Positions 1-19,099 of a DNA stretch of 52,462 bases are shown here, one piece after another. The stretch lies in assembly GCA_002269645.1 (NCBI GenBank), contig NIVC01001738.1, positions 1 through 52,462 of the forward strand, read 5' to 3'. Numbering within the stretch: the stretch's first letter is position 1; every line of letters starts with the position of its first letter. Origin of the DNA: Macrostomum lignano. Its lineage: Eukaryota. A program made the position numbers and the translations under genes. The notes beneath the pieces were generated by a model. The model was not told the DNA's origin. It saw only the letters and a list, made by a program, of their open reading frames with translations, and made no database searches.

Positions 1-1747
1 GCAGCAAAGCACAAACAATGGGAGAGCACTGCCCTCCAAAAAGCGAAAGATTTGGCCAAAAATGACCGGTTCCAAAATTCAGAAGAGGAGTTAAAACAAT
101 GCTTCGATATTCTGTGGGAGACAATAATAAGCGAGCTACCACTGAGCAGCCGCATGACGCTGCTCCGATTGATGAGCAGATTGAGAGATTGCTACAAGAC
201 TTGTTCCACAAGGATGTCTCCATATTAAAAGCTCAGCTTCAGCAGACTCCACTTAGCCAGACAATGTCTGAAGACGATTTGAGCTGTTTCTATCCGACTG
301 CATCGAAGAAATTAGCTACACTAACGAAGCCGCCCCAACAGCTCGAAGCAAGCTTTCACAGCAGGCGGTAAAGCGTTTAATCTGCCCAACTGCTGCTCCG
401 TGACACTGCCAGAAGGACTCTGGGTTCTACATTGCTGACGCCCGGAAGATTTTGGCTGAGGTCATAAGAGTTTTGCGAGATGAGCGAAGCAATCTGGCTA
501 ACGACGGCATCGGCCTTACAGCGGCCTTTGAGATCAAAGTGTCTATCGGAATCTGCAAACTTGCCATTCCCACGTTTTGAAAAGATCAACGAAGCTTATC
601 GAGCAAAGTTAGTATTGCGGCGCGGCTTCAGACTCTGAAGGAGAAGATCTGGAATCTCTTCAAAAAATATGGTAGCCAGCAAGGCTGGTGAAAAGATTTC
701 GGCCGATTTCGTCCGGGATCATTTGGCTGGCCTTATCAAGGCGGCCGTCTTGGAGAGAATGGCTGACAAGCTGAAAGCTCATGTGCGTAACCAGATAGGA
801 AAGCATAAATATTACCTTATAGTCATGATGCTGACAGAGTGGGCCGACAAGGATATATTTCCGATCGATCATATCTTACATAGAAAACTCCAAAGTGGCC
901 GCCCTTGAATGGCTCACTGCCTTCATCGATCGCTTTCTGTTCACTCGAAACGAAGCGCAGAGGACGGCCTTCTCAGAGATCGTGGAAGCTGATGTCGCCG
1001 CATCAAATCTTTAAAACAGCTCACGATTCATGCGATCAAGCATGCAAAGCAATGGCGGGGAGGTCTGGAGACGATTGCATGAAGGAGTGGAGCGAAGACT
1101 TCTGCCAGCGCATGTCCCGAGAGCTGGCCGTGAAAGCCGAAGACTTTTGCCGAGATATTCACGCAGCCGATTGCGACTTCTCCGACTTCTCAGAGTGCCT
1201 GAAAGAAGGCCTGCGCGTCAACTCTCGTCAACTGACGGAGTGGCTGAGCACACTGGATGAAAGCTCAGTGCAATGGCCTGGCAAAAGTACTCTGTACTCT
1301 GCTGTGCTTGACAGCCTGTGGGGCTGCGATGCTCAGTGCCCGTTCTGCAATGAGCCGTGCTCCAATGCGTCCGCTGAACACCAAGAGTTCTCTCACAAAT
1401 GCATCCAGCACAGACCCCAGTGTACTGCCGGAATGCGCAGAGTTGGATCGAACCAGGCAGTACCGGACACGTGTGGCTTCAGCATTAATGATCAAAGAAT
1501 GAGATTTGGCTGCGTAAAATGTGAAAAAATGGAGTGCATATGTTTACTTACCATCCATACAAAGAATACAAGAAGTTCTTTCCCTCGTGGGACATTGCTC
1601 CTGACGCATCAAACACTGGTTTCGAAATTCTGGATGTGGTTTGTCTGGACTTTTAGAGAGAAATTAAAAGAACAGTACGATTACAAAATTGACGAACTTC
1701 CTGGTGCTTGGCCGCCGTCACCAAGGACGCCGCGCAGCAGAGCCTGA
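1..1747 (+). pseudogene. 3' part of a very large inducible GTPase (GVIN1/URGCP-like) gene, broken by several frameshifts (decay or sequencing error)
   Basis: Overlapping ORF pieces read KAKDLA..LKQCFDILWETIISEL (frame 1 from base 1), then 99-371, 669-908 and 905-1747. The last piece carries the family C-terminal Cys/His block LWGCDAQCPFCNEPC...H..H.C..HRPQC..G and ends FWMWFVWTFREKLKEQY...P.AW, like GVIN1/URGCP C-termini. The 5' part is outside the window. Confidence 0.75.
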
Positions 1748-2859
1748 GAGAACTGCTGAATTAATTCATATTTTATTATTTATCTCCAATATTGACTGAC
1801 AATACAATGTGGGATTCGAGAACTGTTTCAGCCTAAAGTTGGTGGTAGAGCTATCAGAATTTTATGCCATCCAGGATAGGTGTTCCCAAATGAGCTTAGG
1901 AATAATAGACTCAACAGTTTGACACAGAGTTGATCTTTGTTTTGAATGGAGGAGTAGCACTCATCTATGGTGAAATTTTCATGATCGTTCATGCGTGGTA
2001 ACTGTCACGTTATTAATTCATGTTTCAATGTAATCATGTTTTCAGCTGGACTAATCTACTATACCTACATGTACATTTAGTGTGCAGTTACATGTTTAAC
2101 TCGAATGCAGGGGCCGACATCATGAAGGAAGTTCTAGTTGACGAGTGATATTTCTCACGATTCTCACAGTTTAATGATGAATTTTATTGCATCACAGTTG
2201 TACTTTCTTTATGAAATCGGCCCCAGAAGTTTTCGCGTTTATTCGACTTCAATACTTTGCACTCTTTCTAACCTATATTCCATATTATTTGGTCTGTAGC
2301 TACCTTTCCTTGTTAAGCTTACAGCTTAGTGACATTAGCATGCAAACCAAGTAACTTTTTGTTTCTAACTTTTACTAAATAACCGCATGCTGTTCATGTT
2401 TTTCTGTTTTACTGGATAATATTTTTCGAGAACTAATGCTCTGTGTAAAAACTTTCCAAAATTTCTATTATCGAAACTTTATAACCGATTGCTTTATGAG
2501 CTTTTAAAACTATTTTATTCAGACAAGACACAAAATCTTTTCTATTGTTAACATAATCTCGCTCACTTTGCAAATTGAAGTACTTTCTCTATCAACATAC
2601 ACCAATATGCTACTACAACTGAGTAGCAAGTTTTGCTTGTCAATACATATTTTTCTTCACAGTCTTGGCTTTTCATTGGCTGTCGGAGCAAAGAAACTTT
2701 ATTGGACATGAATATTATCAAGTGGAATTTTACTGAAGTGTTCTGAAATGAAATAAATAGTTTCTTCTTAAATTATTGACACATACAGAATTATCAAGAC
2801 TGAGACAGAACATCTAGATAAATCAAAAACACTAGGAAATAAAAGATAAAACACTAGGA

Positions 2860-3043
2860 TATAACAAATAGAAAACTAAGATAGTACAGATAGAACACTA
2901 AGATAGTACAGATAGAACACTAGGATAGAACAGACAGAACACAAGGATAGAACAGATAGAACACTAGGATAGAACAGATAGAACACTAGGATAGAACAGA
3001 TAGAACAATAGGATAGAACAGATAAAACAGATAGAACACAGCT
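2860..3043. repeat. Degenerate purine-rich tandem repeat (GATAGAACA / CTAGGATAGAACA type)
   Basis: Repeated tagaacactaggatagaacaga units end just before the ATG at 3046. Confidence 0.8.
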
Positions 3044-3045
3044 CG

Positions 3046-9108
<6,063 letters not shown>

Positions 9109-10429
9109 CACAGAGAGAGTGTGTGACAATCCTGATCCTAGACAAGTAATGGTAGTTATGCTGTTGTCCAGGCCGTAGTGCACCTACTCCATAGTACAAA
9201 TATAACATTAATGCTGTTCTGTCTTTTCTGTAAAACGATGAAATGATTGTGCATCAATTTTCCCATGTTATTCCTAACCGAAACGAGCCATAGTTTGCTC
9301 AATCTTGTTGATTGAATTTCGCATTGGGCAGAGAAAATAAGGCACCGAAAATTTCATAGTTGATTAAGCCTTCGGGCCGGGATTTGGGCTAATGAACTTC
9401 GCACAGTTGCTGGCAGCAACTTCAATTGTAGATTGAGTCGATTTGAGCTCAAACACATCAACAAACGCATCAAAGGTCATAATTACTACCTTATGAATAG
9501 TATATCGATGGAGGCCAGCTGCATCTGCATCACTCACTCCTTAATGTTTTGCACTTAAGCTAAACTTAGGTTTTCGGAGGAGAGCTTATGGCTACACTTA
9601 ATGAAGTACATAAGCTAATTTAAAAAAATAAAGGCAGCTGAAATAACTTTGATAAGTTTAGAAGCCCAAGCTTGCAGGCGTAAACAACTTGCTAATTGGT
9701 TCAGCAATAATGTAAATTAGCCAGTCCACTGAAATGTACATGGCAGCTTTAGGCTGGAATTCCGAGAAAGACAATAAAAATTTGGGCTGGGCGGGGGTAG
9801 TGTGGAAAGGCGCGGTTGGAGGGTTTCAAGCTGGGGGTAAAAGCCAATAAATAAGTATTGCCTTTAAAATGCATTAAAATGCTTCCAATTTCAAACTTAC
9901 ACTACTGAACTGAAAGTAGCTTGCACGCGAATGTGCTAAGTGGCCCATCTAGTTATTCTGGTATCTAGTATCGACAGATCGATAAGTTAGAAATATACGA
10001 ATGCAACTAATATACCTAAAATTTTCTTGATACTTTACTTACAGTACAAGTAGCAGAATATTACATGTATAAAAGTAATTATAATAAACTTTTATTTAAC
10101 AATACTAGTCGTAAAATGTACATGAAAAATACGTAAAATATATAATCGTATATAAAGCGTATCGATATAATACGCTCGTATGTTAAATCCATGCACAATC
10201 CTAATACTCGTAAAACTAAGTTCTTAGTCGAGACACAACAAAAATCTCCAGATTACTTCGTTTCTTAGAAATTCGGAACATAAATAGTGATAGATAGTTT
10301 TCTATTGTAAGCAATTCGAAAGCTCAGCTTTATTTATAAAAAAGAATCAGATTTACATAAATTACTATAAAAAGTCGGATAAATATTGTACATGGATTAT
10401 ATAAAAGTAATCAAATAATTAACCAACGG

Positions 10430-10860
10430 AACCCTCTCGGGTCATGGCTGTTTTGCCAGGCATCGCTATCTCCAGGAAAATCCGTAGTGAGGAATGCCGG
10501 CCCTTTCTGTCTCTCTGGTGTCGGGAATGCGGAGCACTTCATCTGTAAATGCCCCGCATTTACTCAAGACAGGCTCGCCTACCTCATCTCCCGAAACCTG
10601 GGCCTTTCCCACGTTTTCAGGCCCAAGAACCTCTGCCAGCTAGTCCGCAATCTAAGGGCCACAGGGCGAGCGACCATCCACCTTCTGGACTCTCCGGAGG
10701 GGACCGCTCTGAGGACACCGGCACCACCGGATCTCCCTGCGTGACAACGCAGCACCAGCTGCCCGTGGTCGCCAGGGGTTTGCGGAATGAGCGAAGACGC
10801 GCCATCGCTGTATCCGGATGCCCGGAGCCCCTTGCAGCTGAGTCAAAGTAAGTCATGTCA
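10430..10860 (+). mobile_element. 3' end fragment of a non-LTR retrotransposon (I/R1 group, C-terminal CCHC finger)
   Basis: CPFCLSGVGNAEHFICKCPAF matches the CX2CX7HX4C finger and resembles CPFCRSGSENAEHFICHCPVF in the 12.5-13.5 kb element. Confidence 0.7.
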
Positions 10861-11200
10861 ACATCGGAACGCAGAGCACTGCGGTCTTCTGCGTTTTGAC
10901 CACCAAGCTGACACTCTCAGCAAAAGCGACCAGCCTGTCCAACTGTCGCTGGGCACCCTCGACAGTCGAGGACAGCAGGGCGAGATAATCGGCGTAGCCA
11001 AGCAAACTGAGCCACCTCTCCGGTTGTCGTCGACCCACGCGTCACCGCCGCAGAAAGCTGTCGTCGTTGGTGGAAAAAGAGCCATTCCAGTTAAGCATCC
11101 GCAGCACCCAGTTAAGCACGAGAACGAACAGAAAATTCGTGAGCGCATCTCTCTGGAGCACTCCAGAGGAATCTCGAAAGAGTCCGACAAACCGTTAAAA
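10853..11200 (-). mobile_element. Degenerate reverse-transcriptase fragment of a non-LTR retrotransposon (RTE/RTE-X-like)
   Basis: With one frameshift and a stop it reads SDSFEI..SGVLQRDALTNFLFVLVLNWVLR...LLGYADYLALLSSTVEGAQRQLDRLVAFAESVSLVVKTQKT. This corresponds to the RT motifs GVLQGD.L.P.LF and YADD; the catalytic YADD is changed to YADY. Confidence 0.75.
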
Positions 11201-12480
11201 AGTACTTCAATAAGTTTAGGGCAATGCCCTTTATCTTAAGCGAAATAACAATGAGAAGCTTTCTTCGTTTTAGACTCGCTTAGTTATGCGTCAATAATGA
11301 ATGATCATTGGGGTTAGTTTACCATTGTGCAGTTTTTCCGTTCATTAGATATCAGATCCTCGTGCACCCGTTTCAACGCAATCAGTAATTGCATTGCCGA
11401 ACCTGCACTCGCCCACCAATAGGCAGAACTTCTTTCTTCAGTCCAGTCCATAATTGTATGCCTCATGGAAAGATGGAGAAAATTTTATTTAAGCCAAATT
11501 AGCTCGTATGCCAAACGTAAATAGCAAGGAGGCGGAGGAGACCGCCCATTTCGCTAGCCTTTGGCGACCAATGACTTCCATCGAAGTGATGTCGCTCAGG
11601 GGGACCCGTCGGTCTCGCCTGCTGAAGAGTTTAAGAGTGGTGATCAGTCACTCAAAAACTCCCACTTCTAGACACTGGAGAACAAGTGCCTAGGTATTTA
11701 CCAGTTCAAATAACTTACTGCGGTGGATCCTCTTGTGGTTGGTAGACTTCTGGTTCTTGCGGTGTGTGTGACTCTGTCTAACTTGGCTGAGCAGTAGTGA
11801 CGGCCGATTTGGAGTAGTCTTCTTGAGTCCTTGACTTTTATCTGTGGGTCGACCAAAACGAGAGCGAATCAGAATTCTTGTGACGGTCCTCGAGCTCGGA
11901 ATTAACAATAGAACGTGCGCCCTAATGAACAATTGAATTCTGTGATAGGTCCTCCTGAAGGGCGGCTTCTTCGTTACGTCCGAAACGTGACGGATAACTC
12001 AATTAAATCAATAAATCCTCTAGGAATATATCCTAGGCAATAAGGAGGCCTTTTTCAACTGTGTCGACAATAAACAGCTCTCTTAAACTCAATGAATCAA
12101 CTTATTAACGCTAACAATAAAAGAACTGAAACCAGTAAACGCTTACCAATTGGACAGGTGTGGTCCCTCAGAGATTGGTCTTCCTGTTTCTTCGGAGTCT
12201 TCTTAGAGACCGCTCTGAGTCTGAATTTTTTACTCAAATTTTCACTTATATTTATAGCAAAATTTTGGAGAAAAACCGGTTTGGGATTGGGTATTTACTT
12301 AGGTCAAAAATGTTTAATTAAGCTTTCATGCATGTTTGAGCATTACCATATATAAGCAAATACAGCTGTTGGAATCCGGTTCCTTGATCAAACAATGTAG
12401 GGTTCTAAATCATTCTGTTTGCGCGTGATTCCTAAAAATAGATATGTCTCATTCTAGAATAAATTGACTTTCCTAGAATA

Positions 12481-13475
12481 TTACTTTAAGTAGAGCATTA
12501 CGGTATGGTTTAATAACTCTCTACACTGCTGCGCGGTCCTCCTCACCCGCGGTGGGGAAGAAATCAGCTCGTCTCGTGTCCCTGAGGTACCGGGCGATCG
12601 GCGGTATGCTCTCAGGCATGCAAACGTCGGAGAGAACCGGGTTTGGCCCGAGGTGAGTGAGCCTGCCCCCCCTGGGGAAAACTGGGCAGTGGCAGATAAA
12701 GTGCTCGGCGTTTTCACTGCCTGAGCGGCAGAAGGGGCACCGCTTCTCAGGTACCTGGCCCTGAAGGAAGCGGTGACGAGAGAAGCAGCCTACGCAGTAG
12801 GGCTCTACGCAGGAGGGGGAGGGACAGGGGACGGCAGTACGGGATTGCCTGCAATTCCAAGTGTCGTAACACCTGCGGAGATGCTCGGAATCAGCCCAGC
12901 GCTTAACACGGGAGTTGATCACCGAGGCGGGGATGGGGCCCCTGGGCCCGGCCCCAGCAGCGCGCCGGCGGAGCCAGCCTTGGCCAGCAGGTCGGCGCGC
13001 TCGTTGCCGAGGAAACCAGCAGATCCATCTGAGCTCCACCTGGTTGCCTAGCGCAAGCCCGTTGAGCTGGGCGTTGCAGTCCAAGGCAGATCTGGAGCTG
13101 GTGGTGCTGCGGCAGAGGGCCCGAAGGGCTGCCTGGCTTTCAGAGTGAAATATATATTTCCGACAGCTGAGCTGCCTTCGGCGCAGCTCTGCCGCGCAGG
13201 AGCTGATGGCAAGCATCTCGCTCCGAAAAACACTGAAGTTGAGTCCAGTTGTGCTGGGAGTAGCTCCACACCGCTTCTCCCTTGAAGAAGATGCATGCTC
13301 CGAAACCTGGAAGACCATGCCTCATTGAGCCGTCAGTGTAACAGTGGACTTCAGAATCGCTCCAGCTGTCACTCGCCTCGTGTCGAGGCTGAATGGTGAC
13401 CTTATACCTCTGGCTCAAGAGAAGGGTGGCTGAGATCGAGTCCGTGAGGATGTTGCGCCCGCAATCAGCAAACAT
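12481..13475 (-). mobile_element. 5'-truncated non-LTR retrotransposon fragment with RNase H and C-terminal CCHC (I/R1/Loa type)
   Basis: RNase H motifs CYTDGS..GFGACI, SVFRSEMLAI, IFHSESQAALRAL and VELRWI are followed by CPFC...HFICHC, spread over frameshifted ORFs 13140-13475 and 12521-13318. Confidence 0.85.
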
Positions 13476-14510
13476 TGTTTTTGAATTACTCTAATGAGTA
13501 GGCCAATTTAGCGAATGCAAGATTTACTGACTGTATGAGCAGATAAGAAGTTCCATCAATGTAGCTCGTACAATCGCACAAAGCATTTTAACTAGAAAGT
13601 GCAGAATGCTTGATGCAAGGACTACTCAAGTAGAAGGACGGGAAACTATGTCTCCTGGAAAATTTTACAAGGCAGGTTTCTTTTCGAAAAAATACATTTC
13701 GGAGAATGAAGGTTTTCATTTTTTCAGCACAAAAATTGTTATTGCTTTTGATAGGAGGCAGACCCAATGTTCATCTTTTGAAATGTTGTGCCTTTCTTAT
13801 AGCTCTATCGATATTCATAAAGCTTTTTGCTTAGAAAATAAAGTTTCTGTGTCCTGTATGCAAAATTATAAAAATGCATGGCACGGCTCGACTCATTGGT
13901 TTTGTGAATCAAATTGTTTTTCTGCTACACAGTCAGCTAATAATGATAAAATCGATTCATGAAACCAATGAGCCGAGCCGTGCCATTTTTATGCTTTTTA
14001 GGCGCAGAACATATACGAGTAAAACAAACTTAGTCAACAGGAACAGGCTAAGCCAGAGTCCATGCAATTAAAATACATATGCATATGCATATGATAAATA
14101 GAATGGAACAGATAAAGTCTGTTTTGAATATACCCAAGTACCAGCCTACAATATCTTAAATATAGCTTTCTCCAAACATTTACTTTTGCTGATAGACATG
14201 TTCTTAACCTGATTTGTTGCGAACACAGGGCAAATTTCCGGCAGAAATTATGTTGACAAAATTGAAGAAACGGCTGTCGGATTTTATTGAGTTTATAATA
14301 TATAGAAAAAAGAACTGTAGGTCGATAGGTTTGTTAATGACAATATTGAAATGAGCAGTCGTTACACGAGCAAAACTAGCCAGTGCACTAGATAGAACTG
14401 TCTGTACTTTGAGAGAGGAGTACTCTAGATATGTGCTTTTGTGTACAGGCCTGGGGCAGCAGATCCAATTGTACTGCGCCGGTTCGCCGTACATTTTTAC
14501 TCTTTGATTT

Positions 14511-14524
14511 GTTTCCATAGCAAC
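14511..14524 (+). promoter_or_regulatory. RFX X-box upstream of scramblase paralogue 1
   Basis: GTTTCCATAGCAAC is a perfect match to GTTNCCATRGNAAC, about 105 bp before the ATG at 14628. Confidence 0.6.
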
Positions 14525-14627
14525 ACAAAGGGGAAGAGAGAGGAGAGACGGGCTAAAAATTTTCCCACTCCTCTAAATCCAGCCAGTTCGCTTGGATTTC
14601 TCCGTTTCAGTCTCTCTAAACTTTGAC

Positions 14628-16356
14628 ATGAGCAGCGTTGACCCACCGCCGTATCCCGGACCACCGGAGCAGCAGCAGCCTTGGATGTAGCAGCCAATTG
14701 ATGCAGTGGAGCCGAGTCGAAATGGCTTGGAGTATCTTCTGCCTTTGGAGACTGTGCTGCTGCAGCAGAAAAGAGATCTTATGACAAGTGAGTTGCCTAC
14801 CAGATAGTTCACGAGGTACTTTATGACAGTTGAATTGGCACTCATATTGTTTTCTATCTCACTCAAAACTCCCGCAGCTCTAACGAGGGTTCCTCTGCCC
14901 AAGTGTTACGCGCTGAAGACGAACAACGACGAGCTGATCTGCGAAATGAAAGAGAGTGAGCGCTGCAATTTCTATCTGCAATTTAAATAGGAATTTAATG
15001 GCAGAATATCTCAAGCATTCATAGATTGTTGATATCGTGGTAAATGTCTCTTAGGCAGCCTACTAATCGATAAATCGATAGTCCAGTATTGAATAATCGA
15101 TACAAGGTTCACTAATCAATAGTTTGAAATGCAAAAAACGCAAATTTGATTGCCCAATCTCTCACAGCTTCCAACGGCTACAAAACGGGCGGCACGTGCC
15201 AGCCTCATCGGCCATTCACGGTGAGCGCGGTGGACTCCGGTGGCAGGGAAGTGGCCGTGTTTACTAGAAAGCGCAAATCCACGCAGTGCGTCGGCAGCTG
15301 CGCCAAGGACGAACAATACATGGACAACATGACTATCGAGTCACCGCCTGGACAACTGGTGAGCTGTATCAAGCAGGTGTACAACGGCAACGTTACCATG
15401 TACATGATCCAGGACGCCAACGGCGAGGCTATTTTTCGCATCTACGGCATGAGCTACACCCTGTGCTGCGTAACTGGCCAGACGCAGGTTGAGTTTCCAG
15501 TCACGGCGCCGGACGGTACGGGGAACCCTGTGGCATCAATTACTAAGAAGTTCTACATGAACACGATGCAGCAGATGATGACTCTTGGAGCAGATACCTT
15601 TACGATCAATATGCCGAAGGATTTGCACCTGGAAATGAAAATCACACTTATTGGAGTCTGCGTACTATTCGTGAGTTTTATGCGTTACCGTATTTTTGAT
15701 TTGTAGAAATTAGATTGGATTTCTCATAAAGAAGTTGTTGGGAATACGAATTCTGGTTCGATTTCTGGCACCCTCGAGAGCCAACCCCCAAGGGATAGAG
15801 AGTTTTTTATTTTATTGCAAAGTCTCTATAGTCTATGCACATGATCTAGTCAAAACAGCGTGTAAAACAAAAACTGACTTAGCCAAAGAAGATGTAGAAA
15901 AGGTGTTGTTTCTCATAAACGAAACGTTGCCTGATCTTTCCGCAGGACTTCTTGTTTTTCGACACTTCGCTGAGGGATTCTCATCAACACTCGGGAGCGT
16001 ATGCACATAGTGGTCAAATGGTGCAACAGCAGATGGCTTTTAACTTGCTGCAGCAGCCGTCACAGCAACCGTTCCAGCAGCCTGGTCTGCAACAGCAACT
16101 TTCTGGACAGCCGCTTCAGCAACCGTTCCAGCAGCCTGGTCTGCAACAGCAACTTTCTGGACAGCCGCTTCAGCAACCGTTCCAGCAGCCTGGTCTGCAA
16201 CAGCAGTTTTCTGGACAGCCGCTTCAGCAACCGTTCCAGCAGCCTGGTCTGCAACAGCAGCATCAGCACTCAGAACAACAATTTGATAATCCAGCGATGA
16301 GTGCAGAGCAACTCTACTCAGTAAAAAAGGAGGACGGACAACCGGAGCGGCTCTAA
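14628..16356 (+). CDS. PLSCR: Phospholipid scramblase-like paralogue 1. Exons 14628-14787, 14878-14955, 15168-15670, 15946-16356; in-frame TAG at 14688-14690
   Basis: N-terminal PPPYPGPP, then GLEYLLPLETVLLQQK, HRPFTV, IESPPG, VASITK, GADTFTINMPKDL..KITLIG.CVLF|DFLFFD, typical of the Scramblase family. GT-AG introns in phases 1, 1, 0; C-terminal Gln-rich tail. Confidence 0.85.
16063..16260 (+). repeat. 54-bp coding repeat (QPFQQPGLQQQLSGQPLQ), about 3.5 copies
   Basis: Tandem periodicity inside the last exon of paralogue 1. Confidence 0.9.
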
Positions 16357-17107
16357 CAGCTATTCGTTACGATATTTAAGGTTTTGACTCGTACTTATAT
16401 TACATATTCGACCAATTAGGGTGTTTAGGCTTTATGGATACTATCATTAAGGGTGTTGTCGGAGTAACACAGTGATAGAAATGTGCGCTCCACAAACATA
16501 TTGCCTTGCATGTGTGCTAACCCTGTATATATATATGAGCTCATTCCGACGAATGCGCACATTCCAAGTACTCTCATTACCCCGCATTTAATTATTAGTC
16601 CCTAACTGCTACTTATTTATCTGGATCAAAGCGCTATTGAATTTGCTTTTTAACATCTATTCTAGTATTGGCACGTCCATTATTGGTTTCGAACGCTTTA
16701 TTTTTTATTCGCATGTGGAAAAGGTAACAAAGTTCATTCGTGCAGAACTTGAGACGAGTAGTTCTTATTTAAACTTGTCTGTATTTGAAGCATTCTTACT
16801 TTAATCTACCTAGGTCATCAAGCATTTTTATCCTATAATTGATTCCGTTTGTTTCTATATACTTTCAAACTTAATTGACTATCTATATGGAGTTCTCTTC
16901 CCAACTTCCCAATTTTGCGTGCGCGCTAAATGCTGGTTGATAAGAAACTGCTTGCTTTCCTGATAAACAAAATCAGAATCTCGATAAAAAGCTTATCGCG
17001 TACTTATAGGCCTGTGTTCGCGTCCTAGCACAGAGTTGCGCCTAGTAACGCTGCTCCTCTTCTTAATAATAATAAAATAACTGATTACTCCTGCCCTAAA
17101 GGTCAGT

Positions 17108-17341
17108 TGTGCAACCGGCAGCTCAGCCGCAGCTATTGTGCGGCGCATCTAAAGGCTGCTTACGGCTGTTCAGTCCAGGGACTGGGGGTCCCCACACACC
17201 CTCATTTACCCCCAGCTAATGCTGGCACCCAGTTTACAGTTAGATGAACTGAAGCAATGCAGAGTTACGTGGGGATCGGGAATCGAACCCCCGACCTTTA
17301 AGTCGTGAGTCTGACGCTCTAACCACGAGGCTACAACCCCC
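17108..17341 (-). mobile_element. tRNA-derived SINE, copy 2
   Basis: The reverse complement reads GGGGTTGTAGCCTCGTGGTTAGAGCG...GGGGGTTCGATTCCCGATCCCC, followed by the same body as 8248-8477. Confidence 0.8.
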
Positions 17342-17955
17342 TTAGGTATCGTTATCGTGCTGTGGTATTTTTCCTGTTTCTTAAAAGCAGGTTAGAAGTT
17401 AATACTGATCAATGCATCTTGCAATACCATTGGGAGGATATCACTGTAAGCATTATTCAGTCTCGTTAAAAAGAGCTTTCAGTCAAGGAAAATCATTTAT
17501 GATCAGTCCTATCTTCTTCTATTAATATAGTTGCAATGTTCAGATCAACGAAATGTGCGATTGCTTGCCTTCAGGCCAGTCCCCTCAAGTACGTCACAAT
17601 GCAAGGGGGAAATAAATCGGTTAGGAGAGTCAAGAGGAAGTACAGGCGAACTCCATCTCTATAATGCAAACAAAAAGAAATCGTTAAAAATCTACTGTTT
17701 TCCAGTGCTCAAGCTTATGCTCCCAGGGAGAAGGCAATTGCGAAGCAATGTACTCTCTGCATGAGCCTTTGTGCACAGATTGTCTCTCCCCTATACAGTA
17801 GACCCTAGTGGTGGGTCGCTCAGCCTTTTCTGACCCACAATTAAAAGCGACAAGACATGCCCATTAAATGTGAATTTTCTCGTCAGTTTTTTTCATAAAA
17901 TTTGCAAGTCTCGAAAAAATTCAAGTTATAAAGGAATATTCGTCTCTTTCACCCT

Positions 17956-18894
17956 ATGATGAGCCATGTTGAGCCAGCGGCACCGCCGTATCCAGGACCC
18001 CCAGACTAGCGGCAGAAATATCAGGTTTCGTGGTTGAATCCACCCTTACGGTGAAACAGAAGCGATTCACAGAGGACTAGAGAATCCGTTGTCTTTGGAG
18101 ACTGTGCTGCTGCAGCAGAAGAAGAATCTCATGTCCAGTGAGTATCCAGATTGTTCAATGAACTTGTTCAATAGTTTATGTTTTGTCAAATGCTTCGACC
18201 TGCAGTGCTGACTGCAATTCCAACGCAAACTTCTTACTCGTTGAAGATGGCAAACAATGAACAGATCTACAAAATCAGAGAGAGTGAGTTTATACATTTT
18301 ATTGTCGAGATATCGTGTCAATTCTCCCAAAGATTGTCAAATCTTGAAATTTATACTTTAATCTTCCATCGACTAAGGTCTACTTAGATTTATTAAAAAT
18401 AATTTGCACATCGTAGGCGTCTCATCAACCGCGTTCATTAGCTTGTTGTTTACACTCCACGATTCTCCTGTAGATTCCAACGCCCGCGAGCTTGGTCAGA
18501 CTGACAGAGGCTGCACAACAATGAGCGTTGTGGATTGAAAAAAAACGGAGAAGTGGCTCTGGTTGTTAAAAGTTCCTCTAAATTCAAATGCACGGATGAA
18601 ATTATTGTCGAGTCCCCACCCGGAAAATTGGTTGTTGTTGTTGAGGATGCCAATGAACAGGCTGTGTTCCACATTCAGGGCATGAGGTGCTGCCTCTGCT
18701 GTGTGCTGGACGGGTCTCCTCGAGCTGCAGTGATGGAAGCGAGCGGCACTGGGAGACAAGTAGCCTCGATTATTAAAGAGCGTGCAACCGCTGCTCAAAT
18801 GGTGACTCAAGGAGCAGACACATTTTCTATCAACATATCAAAGGATATGCCTCTGAATATGAAGATAACCCTGATTGGAGCCTGCGTTAGACTT
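17956..18894 (+). pseudogene. PLSCR: Phospholipid scramblase-like paralogue 2, disrupted. Exons 17956-18137, 18206-18283, 18474-18894; last exon unresolved
   Basis: Same exon layout (78-nt exon 2, same intron phases) and motifs LETVLLQQKK, VESPPG, GADTFSINISKDMPLNMKITLIGAC. It has TAG and TGA stops plus a frameshift in exon 1, a stop/frameshift near 18535, and internal deletions in exon 3. Confidence 0.8.
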
Positions 18895-19099
18895 GTAAGT
18901 CCCTAAATAAACACGTGACAACTGAATTTAACAGCTTCAAGTTGACTTCTAACGGTAGATGGCATTCCTCTGAGTGTTAGTCTCATACCTTTCTAGTTCT
19001 AGTTAACATGAAATTTATAATTTCACCCGTTTCATCACTGTTTCCAGCACCGCAGATTCAGACTCAAGAGCGAGAGCAAAATAAGAAGCGACATCACAA

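Noticed and set aside
11300-12400. Penelope-like or other retroelement remnant
   Set aside because: No RT or GIY-YIG motif could be read convincingly in any frame.
12773-13296. Plus-strand and alternative-frame ORFs over the RNase H fragment, and similar shadow ORFs over scramblase, TRP and polB exons
   Set aside because: They overlap better-supported coding frames in GC-rich sequence and show no recognisable motifs.
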